Assembly: GCA_031835245.2 (NCBI GenBank)
Contig: JAVKOQ020000052.1
Coordinates: 1 to 64,000, forward strand
DNA from: Balamuthia mandrillaris
Lineage: Eukaryota
Length of the DNA stretch: 64,000 nucleotides
Reading direction: 5' to 3'
Numbering within the stretch: the stretch's first letter is position 1; each line of letters opens with the position of its first letter. Below are positions 55,101 to 64,000 of the stretch, piece after piece. The notes under the pieces were generated by a model. It was given only the letters and a program-made list of their open reading frames with translations, made no database searches and had not been told where the DNA came from. The translations under genes were made by a program, and so were the position numbers.

Positions 55101-55956
55101 ATGGGGGGACTCATCTCCAAATGCACCGGCAAGCAGAGCAAGAAGAAAGCGCGCAACACGCGCCATGACGTGCCCGAGGAGCTGCAGGCCTTCTACGTGA
55201 AGGAGGCCCAGGAGGTGGCCGACCTGCTGCAAGTGGACCCCTCCAAAGGGCTCTCGGAGGAGGGCGTGCTGGCCAGCCGAGAGAAGTGGGGCCTCAACGA
55301 GCTCAAGCAGAGCGGTGGCATCAAGATCCATGTCATCATCTTTCACCACTTTGTCAACTTTATGTCTTTCATTCTTTTCATCGCGTTCGTGCTCGGCATG
55401 GCCACTGAGAAGTGGATGGAGGCCAGCGTTGTCATGTTTATCATCATTGTCAACGCTTTGATCGGCATGTTTCAAGGTGCGCTTTCCCTTTCGCTCTCTC
55501 TTATTCTTCTTTCCTCTTGTTCGTCTTTCTTTTTCTTGTCGTTTCTCTTCTTCCTTCTTCCTTGTTCCTTCTTCTCTTTGTCATTCTCTGCTCTTCTGCT
55601 CTCTTTCTCTTCCCTCTTGTTGCTCTTCCCTAGCCCCTTTTTTCCTCTATCCTCTCTTCTGCTCTCTCCTTCTCTCCCTCTCTCTCTCTCCCTCTCGCTC
55701 TCGCTCGCTCTCTTCTAATAGTAATGGTAAATGCAGAGTTCAAGTCTGAGAAGACTTTGGAAGCGCTCAAGATGATGTCATCGCCAAATTCTCGTGTTTT
55801 GCGAGAAGGCAAAAAGGTGGAGATCCCTTCCAGCGAGATAGTTCCGGGCGACGTTGTGTTACTTCATGAAGGAGATAAAGTACCTGCTGGTAAGCCGCTT
55901 TCTAATAACCCCTGCTCGTCGCCCAAGAGGCTCTATTCAGATATACACGCAGCAGG

Positions 55957-55987
<31 letters not shown>

Positions 55988-58900
55988 CTGTTCAAGAAGA
56001 AGACGAAAAAGCTAACACTGAGTTTTTCACGAAAACGCAAACAGATTTAAGATTGTTTGACTTAACCAACTTAGAATGCGACGAACAATTGCTGACAGGA
56101 GAGAGCTTACCAGTGGAAAAGACCCTAGAGCCACAGGATGAGCTGGACACGCCCGTGGGCAACCGCACCAACGTGGCCTTCATGAGCAGCACGGTAACCA
56201 AAGGCAAGGGTAAGGGTATCGCTGTCTACACCGGCCAACGTACGGAGCTTGGTATGATCGCCGATTCCGTGATGGGCAAAGCTACAGTCGAGTCCACCCA
56301 CCTCGAAAAGAAAATGATGCGCCTGGGCATCGTTCTGGCGGCCGCAGCTCTGACGGCGGTGGGTGTAGTGCTGTTGGGTCTTTGGCTGCACGACACGATG
56401 TCCATTTATCCGGATGGCTTGCAGGTGGCTGTCAGCGTGGCAGTAGCATTGATCCCTGAGGCCCTCGTACCCGTCATAACGCTAACCTTGACCATGGGTG
56501 TGCGCAACATGGCCAAGAAGAACGCCCTTGTGCGTAAGCTCAACTCTTTGGAGCAGCTGGGCAACATTACCGACATTTGCTCCGACAAGACTGGCACTCT
56601 TACTCAAGGCAAGATGATGGCCACCGATGTGGTGCTCTTCCCTAATCGTCGTTTCACTGTCAGCGGCAAAGGCTTTGATCCCAACACTGGCAAAGTGGTG
56701 TACCATCCGCCGCGAGCTCGCAGGCCCTCTGCTGACGTTCGCCGTTCTTTCAGTTCTGCCAGAGAGTCTTTTGACCATACCACCGGACGACGCTCTGCCC
56801 AACACCCGCGACGATCTTTGTCTTCTTCCTCAGATCATCATCCTCACGCTAGACTTTCTACGGACCGCCGCGTTTCTCGTGACTTGGGACCGGAGGAGCG
56901 AAATCCTTGGCGACAATCTAGTGAGAGAAAACGAGGACGCCCTTCCACAGACAAGCGCACTTCCTCAGACGCCCGTCCTTCTCGCGACTACCAAAACCTC
57001 CGCCATAGTCAACAACTGCCAAGAACTTCCATGAGCGGAGATGCAGCCCGCCGAAAGTCAAGAGAGGAGGGCATCATCATCGAGGAGGTGGACGACAAGG
57101 ACCAGTGCCTTCACATGACTATCCTTACTGCTGCCATGTGCAACTCTTCCAGCATTCAACGCCGTCCCAGCGAGGCCAAAAAGAAACGCAACCCAATGGA
57201 CGACGGGCAGAGCACTTGGTGGAAACCATGGACATGGTGTTGCTCTTCTTCTGATGAAAGCGAAGATGTGGAAATGCAAGTCAAGAAGCGACACAACTCA
57301 GCAGATATTGAAGACCAAAACGGAGGAGGTTCCTCCTCTTCCACCGCACTTGAAGAACGTGATGACGACCAGTGGGTGGCAGTTGGCTCCCCCACAGAAG
57401 CTGCTTTGTTGGTACTGACCCTCAAACTGAAATACAACAAAGAGCGTCTGGACGAGGTATGGCAGCCGCTGGCTGAGTATCCCTTCGACTCCACCGTGAA
57501 ACTGATGAGCGTGGCCAAGCGACACGCCGAAGATGGCTCCTGCATGCTCTTCACCAAAGGCGCTCCCGAGCGGCTCGTGCCCTGCTGTACCTCCCTCCTG
57601 GCCGATGACGAGGGTACCATTGTCGAACTCGACGAGGAGCAACTCGCCCATGTCAAGCTTCTCAATGAGCAGATGGCAAACGAAGGACTGAGAGTATTGG
57701 CCCTTGCCTACCGCGAACTGCCTGAGGATTGGGATCCGGAAGGACAGGACAGACATGAGGATGTGGAGAAGGATCTCGTGTTGGTAGGCTTGGTAGGCAT
57801 TAAGGATCCTCCTCGCAAGGGCGTGCGCCAGGCCATCGACACCTGCCATCGTGCTGGCATTAGGGTCCGCATGCTCACCGGCGACCATCCCAACACCTCC
57901 ATCGCCATTGCTCGCCAGATTGGCATCATTCCACAACTACCTCCGGGTGCTGCCGCTCCACTATCTGCGTCGTCGGTGTCGGGAGGGGGGCATCACCATC
58001 CTCCCATCGCCAAATCGGAAGAAGGCCTTGCCATGACCTCCACCGACTTTGACCGTTTGACGGACGAAGAGTTGGACGAGCTGGAGGAACTTCCCCTGGT
58101 GATCGCTCGCTGCAGCCCCCAAAGCAAAGTGAAAATGGTGGAGCAGCTGCACAGGACCAAACGCAAATTTGGAAATGGAGCCATTGTGGCCATGACTGGC
58201 GACGGTGTAAACGATTCCCCCGCTATCTCCGCCGCCGATGTGGGCATTTCCATGGGCATTGCCGGCACTGACGTCACTAAAGAGGCCTCTGACATCATCC
58301 TCATGGACGACGACTTTTGCACCATCGTGCGCGCCATCGAAGAGGGCCGCCGCATCTTTGCCAACATCCGCAAGTTCATTGTGCACTTACTAGTGGGCAA
58401 CGTGGCGCAGGCCATTCTTATGGTGGTCAGCATCTTGAGCGGTTTTGAGCCTCCTCTCAATCCGTTGCAAATCCTTTGGGTGAACATGGTGACCGGCACT
58501 CCTCCCGCGCTAGCCCTCGGTGTGGAGCCCGCCAGCAAGGACCTCATGGACGTCGCCAAGCGGCCCATCGGGGAACCCCTCTTCACCATCGGCACCATCG
58601 TGGATATTCTCTTCTACGGTATCGTCATGGGTGGCATCACCCTCGCAAACTTTATGGTGATGGAACACGCCTTTCAGACCAGCATTTCCCCCGCGCAGAG
58701 CACTGCCTACTTGACACTCACCATTCTCCTCCTGTTGCATGGCTACAACTGTCGTCGCCTCAAGAGGAGCGCCTTTGGCAAAGGATTCTTTGGCAAACAG
58801 GCGCTGCTCTTCCACTTGGCCCTTTTCTTTGGCGTTCTCAGCGTGGTCTTCACCCTGTACGTGCCCGGAGTGAACTCGTTTGTGTTCGATCACGAGGAGC

Positions 58901-59355
58901 CAGGCTGGGAGGGATGGTGCCTCGCTTTCGCTGCTAGTTTCGTATTTATGCTGCTCAGCGAGCTCTACAAGGTGGTGCGGTGGCTCTGCCGCAAGGCCTT
59001 CCTCTCCCTCACCAAGAACGTGGGACGACAGAAAGCGATAGAGCTGAGACACAAGAAATCGTTGTTGCGTCGTGAAAGAGAGATGCGGCTGAAGCAACAA
59101 CAAGAAGAGGCGGAAGAGGCGGAAGATTTGGAAGCAGCAGAGGAAGAAGCGGCAGCAGCGGAAATGGGAGAGGATGCGACCGAGACCGAAAAGGACGAGG
59201 AATACTCGTCGGAAACAGACTCTACCACCCTGACGACAACAGCGGCAGCCGCTGGGGATGAAACTCTGGAATCCTCGTCGCCCTCTTCATCAGACGCTGA
59301 AGAGGAAGAGCAACGCGAAGACAAAGACAAAGCCAAAGACAAAGCGGATGATTGA
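55101..59355 (+). CDS. P-type ATPase, probably type IID (ENA Na+/K+-exporting), 3 exons
   Basis: LTGES, IPEAL, DICSDKTGTLTQGKM, KGAPE, DPPR, MLTGD, TGDGVNDSPA. Confidence 0.93.
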
Positions 59356-59541
59356 TGATACTCACCAACCACCACCACCATTATTATTAACACCATTATT
59401 ATTATTTTTTTCCTGAAGTATACAGTATACAAACCGAAGTGTATTCCATTGTACACAAACATATCCAATGCGTGAACAAACATCTTTTAAAAACAAACAA
59501 ACACAAAGTTCTGATGATGGATGGATGGATGGTTGTGTGCT

Positions 59542-60649
59542 TTACTGCGAAGTGGTGGAGTCGACCATGGTTTTGGTGGCTTCGGAGACTTTCTTGGCGG
59601 CAGCCCTCAACTTGGCCGCGCGGTCGTCCTGCTCCTGCAAGCCCAGCTCGGTGTCTTGCAGCTGGCGGAAGGCCTCCACGATCTCCCTCGTCTCCTTCTT
59701 CATGCCCACCTTGACGGCCCACTTGAAGAGCGGGCTGCGGGTCATTCTCTCCACGTTGGGATAATACTCGGTGGTCAGGTTCACCACGCCCATGACTTTG
59801 TAGGGGGAGTTGTGCTCGCCGGCGCCGATGCCCATCACGCGCCAGCGGGGGTCGAAGAGGATGGCGCGGGTGTGGCGGGCTTGGTCACCGTCGCAGATGA
59901 TGAAGGAGAAGAGAACCATCTCTTGGGCGTCCTTTCCTGTTTGTTGGTTATTGTTTTGTCCATTGTGAGACCGGTTGTGATGAAAGGAAGAAAGAGAATG
60001 TTGAAGGAAGCCAGTACCTCCGTAACCAATCATTTCCATGGCTTCATCGGGAACCTCTGTTGAATGAAGAATAACGAACACGTTAAGTGGTTGAATGTTG
60101 GATAGGAAAAAAAAAAGAAGAAAAGAAAGAGAGACCTCCGTATTGTTCAAGCTTGTAAACAGAGTTGGGATCATCAGTGCTTCCGCGAGGAGCATGCTCG
60201 CTTATAGCCTCTTTAAAAAGTAAACAAATTGTGCTTTAGAATCAAAGAACCGGAAAAAAGAAGAAAGCTGTTACCTTTGGCGGCAAGACTCATTCCAAAG
60301 TCAACCTCTATCTCTCCAAAAAGCGGTTCAGAAGTTTGCAAGAAGCGAATGGCATCATCGCAAGCAAAGACGCCTTCATGAGTCATCATTCCAGGTTGAC
60401 CTGGGATTCTCAACACGTTACCTGTTACGATGATGGCCAAAAAAAAATGTTTAGAAGGCATTAGGAGACACCAGTGAGAGCAGAAAGAAAGGTACCGCGG
60501 TAATAAGGACGATAGTTGTTGATGAGAATCTGTGCATAGTACCTTGGATTCTTGCGAACGTTGCGAATCTCATGCATCAATGCCAACTCAAAGTCTAATT
60601 GGAAAAAACAATGAGGAAAAAGAAGAAGAACAAGAAGAACAAGAAGAAC

Positions 60650-60680
<31 letters not shown>

Positions 60681-62421
60681 AGAAGAAGAAGAAGAAGAAC
60701 AAGAACAAGCACAAGAACAAGAACAAGCACAAGAACAAGCACAAGCACAAGAACAAGAACAAGAACAAGAACAAAAACAAGAACAAAAACAAGCACAAGA
60801 ACGACAAGAAATAGAACAAGAAGAAGCACGGGATGGAAAAGAACGACAGAGGCAGAAGAGGGAAAGTACCGCTGCGAGCAAGTTCATATCTTTGAGTGGA
60901 GCTCTCAAAGACTAAGTTGTTGACGTTGACGTTGCGAGCCATGGCTTCCTCTGCTGACAATCCTCCTCTTCCAACGCTGCCTCCACCTCGTTCCTCCGGT
61001 GAAAAGCCTGTGTTGGTGTATGTCTTTGCATTCATGGTCAATAAACTCGAAGACAAACAAGCGACAAGAAAGCATAAGGCAAGAGAAAAGAATGTACATC
61101 GGGAGAACCAAGCATGCGAGGTTGCAAGCCAGCAGGAGTAGGATTGTCGGCATACAGGACAGCTCGTTGAGGTTGAACATAAGGAGGCGGATAGTGTGAT
61201 TGTGGCTGCTGCTGAGGATGTTGCACACCATGAGGCAGGACTTGGTGCACTCCTCCTCCAATATTATAGGTTCCGCTGTTATAGGGCGATCCTCCACCAT
61301 TATACGGAGCTCCTCCACTGTTGTAAGGAGATGGTCCTCCGCTGCCGCCGCTGCTGCTGCTGCCGGTGCTACCATAAACACCACTTCCACCAGGGCTATT
61401 ATAGCCTGAAACTCCGATTTGAGCTTGCATAGGGCCACTGCTGGTGAATGCTTGTTGGGGTTGAGATGAATAACCAGAAGAAGGAGAAGAGGCAGGGTAA
61501 GAAGGGATGCTCTGCGATGTGGACGCAGAAGGTGCTGAAGTGTATTCGGGTGTGGAGGGGGTGGGAATGGTGGTCTCTCCTCCGCCTGACTCTTTGAGCA
61601 GCTCCTTCATAAGGTCATCCACGCTCATATCATCGTACATTTTCTCTATTTCGGCCATTATTTGAGAACCTGTTTATATTTTTAAAAAAAAATGTTGTTT
61701 AGAGTTACACTCACAAAGAGAAAGAGAAAGAGAAAGAGAAACGACGAAAGAGGGAAAGAGAAAGAGAAACGACGAGAAGAAAGGTGAAGGCAGAAGGAAG
61801 AAAAGACCAAGAGAAGAGAGAAGAAGAGAAGAGAAGAATAGAAAAAGGAAAAGAAAAAAAGGAAAAGTCTTGAAAAAAACAAACCAGGAACGGATTCACG
61901 AGAGGCGGGGGTGTGAAGGCCCGAAGCAGTAGCAGAGGGAGCGCCAGAAGGGGGAGCGGGCTGCGCACGAGCTGTAGAAGAAGCGGGGTTTCGACTGGTA
62001 CTGTTGGAAGAAGGGGAAATGTGTTGGTCATCCAAAGCGGCAATCATCGAGTCCAGGATTCCGTCCAGGCTCAAGTCATCTATTTTGTAAAAATAAAAAA
62101 GAAATCAAGTTTAGAAAGAGAGAAAACACAAACCGGAAGAAAGAAAAAAACTAACCGTTATTCGCCATTTGAAACTCTTTGGGGACAGTTCTTACTGTCA
62201 TTTAGTCAGAGGGAAAGAGCAAAGTTAAGAAAAACAAAAAAATAGGGTTGGACGACGAGAATAGACGTACAGGTAGGGGGTTGAGAGGGTGGGGCGGGTT
62301 GAGGAGGGGGAGTGACGGTGGATTCTTTCTTGCCGCTCTTCTTTCCGCTTTTCTTATCTTTGCTGCTGCTGCTGGTGCTTTTCTTTTCTTTCTTGGAGCC
62401 TCCTTTTTTTTCTCTGGGCAT
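59542..62421 (-). CDS. Protein with a long low-complexity N-terminus and a C-terminal CAP/SCP-like domain, multi-exon; start inferred
   Basis: EIRNVRKNPRYYA, EGVFACDDAIRFL, FIICDGDQARHTRAILFDPRWRVMGIGAGEH. Confidence 0.7.
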
Positions 62422-62948
62422 TCCTTCCGCTTCGGGGTCAAAGAAAAAAAAGAAAAAACACACAACGCAGTATTCTGTTAATGATAACTGTTATTGATTG
62501 CATAATTGAGCCAGAACCCAATTATGCAATCAATTCATTACAAAATGAAGATCGTTATCTGCTACACAAAACCTGCACGCATCCACCTGAATTCGTGCAA
62601 TTGTTGAGTTCCCCGTAACCTTCGATCTTCCTGCAAGAACACTGAAGAAAAGGCGCAACAATTGACGTCGTTGGGAGGTTCCACGTCATGGAAAACGACC
62701 CCTCAGGTGAGTTGCCACGTCCACACATTTCCCTGCCGCGGTGTTGCCTTTTGGTTGGCTACGGGGGGCGTGTGGAACTTTTCCACATTTCGTTTTCACC
62801 AAAAAGACCCTCACCAACCACCGCTGCTACTTCTGATTCATTCCCATCCTCAGTTAACACCCAACACTACTTACTTCCTACTTGCTTTTTCTTTTGTTTT
62901 CAACAATCAACAACAAAAGTTTAAAAAAAAAAAAACAAGCCAACCGAA

Positions 62949-64000
62949 ATGGGGGGCGACGAAGCTTCTCATGCGATGCTGGTGGCGGTGATGGAGGAGC
63001 AGCAACAAGAGGTGGATGTGGACTCTTTAGAGACGTTGTTGGGTGGCGGCAACCCGCTGTCCTCCTCTCAGCAGGACCTTCTCTATGGGTTCTCCTGCCA
63101 CCACAACCCCAACTCCACACAACACTTTCAGCTGGAGGAGGAAGAGGAGGACCGCTCCCTCAGCCTCCTTCAGGAACTATTGGCTCCCTCCTCTGCGGCC
63201 TCCGTCACTGCCGTTGAGGGTGGGCTGGAAGACATGTTCTCTGACCACAACACTGTTGGTCAAGCGAGTTCTCTTCCTTACTACCAACAACACAACAATG
63301 GAGCTGCGGCAGCGGCGACTACGACCTGGGATTGTGGCTCGTGGTTGAACCTCTCGGAAGGCGGAAGCTATGAAGGTTGTCTTGAGGTTCCACCGATCGT
63401 TGTCACCTCTTCTTCTTCGTCGCCTTGTTCAACATCTTCAGCTTCGTCGGAAGGAGAGGAAGAGAGCAGCGAGGGAGGAACGTCGTTCCCCACCTCTCCG
63501 GCTTCCTTTGTGGAGGAGCACTCTTCTTTCTTGGGAGTTGGCTCTTCCAACTTTGCTGCTGCTGCTGCTGCTGCTGCTGCCGAGGAGTCCTCTCCTGACG
63601 GCAGTCCTCAATACCTCAGTCAAGCCCTCTTCACCGTCGAACACAACCCTGCTGATTTTACTTCTGTTGCTCCCTCTTCTTGTCCCGTCATCGATCTCAC
63701 GTCTAGCGGTACATTGCAAGAGGAAGAGGAAGAAGCAGCAACAAAAGGCCAGCCATTCCCTTTTGTACAGCCCTCTCAAGGGACAGCAGTAGCAGCCTCC
63801 TCTGCGGCTCGGTCGTTGTCTTCTCCATTGTCCTCTTCTTCTGATGCTTCTGCAAACGAAAGAACCAAAGCGATGGAGGAGGAAGAGGGTTCAGAGTCAA
63901 ACAACACACGCAAGCGTAAACGAACAAGAAAGACAGCCTCTGCTCGTAAGCAGCCTCTTCTCTCTCTCTCTCTCTCTCTCTCCTGTTCTTTTGTTAATGC
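62949..64000 (+). CDS. 5' part of an unknown protein gene (acidic/Ser-rich), continuing beyond the window
   Basis: ATG at 62949 opens MGGDEASHAMLVAVMEEQQQ..., apparently reading to a gtaag donor at ~63946 followed by a (CT)n intron. Confidence 0.55.
   Translation, partial: MGGDEASHAMLVAVMEEQQQEVDVDSLETLLGGGNPLSSSQQDLLYGFSCHHNPNSTQHFQLEEEEEDRSLSLLQELLAPSSAASVTAVEGGLEDMFSDHNTVGQASSLPYYQQHNNGAAAAATTTWDCGSWLNLSEGGSYEGCLEVPPIVVTSSSSSPCSTSSASSEGEEESSEGGTSFPTSPASFVEEHSSFLGVGSSNFAAAAAAAAAEESSPDGSPQYLSQALFTVEHNPADFTSVAPSSCPVIDLTSSGTLQEEEEEAATKGQPFPFVQPSQGTAVAASSAARSLSSPLSSSSDASANERTKAMEEEEGSESNNTRKRKRTRKTASARKQPLLSLSLSLSCSFVN

Overview
This window looks like the left end of a eukaryotic chromosome. 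The intron style, gene content and TTAGGG telomere suggest an amoebozoan, possibly Balamuthia-like (inference). Bases 1-18 are (TAACCC)3, and a second telomeric tract in the same orientation lies at 13403-13420. The ~13.4 kb between them differs in composition from the rest and looks like one mobile element inserted into telomeric repeats. It carries a spliced, divergent tyrosine recombinase (minus strand) convergent with a Tet/JBP-like 2OG-Fe(II) dioxygenase (plus strand). It also holds two tandem arrays whose stems are conserved through G-U and compensatory pairs (candidate structured RNAs), and a hairpin-rich direct-repeat pair near each end. Beyond 13.4 kb are ordinary intron-rich host genes: an ankyrin remnant, a HalD/BesD-like oxygenase, TPR-SET, F-box, an EF-hand/inositol phosphate kinase fusion, NDUFA4-like, GPR89, ET+bromodomain, LRR, metallophosphoesterase, a frizzled-like GPCR, a GCPWD ankyrin protein, a sulfatase-fold protein, MnmE, Nup50-like, tRNA-Ser, SRPBCC, F-box/WD40, an ENA-type ATPase, a CAP-domain protein and a partial gene. 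All family calls come from motif recognition by eye with no database search, and exon boundaries are approximate.
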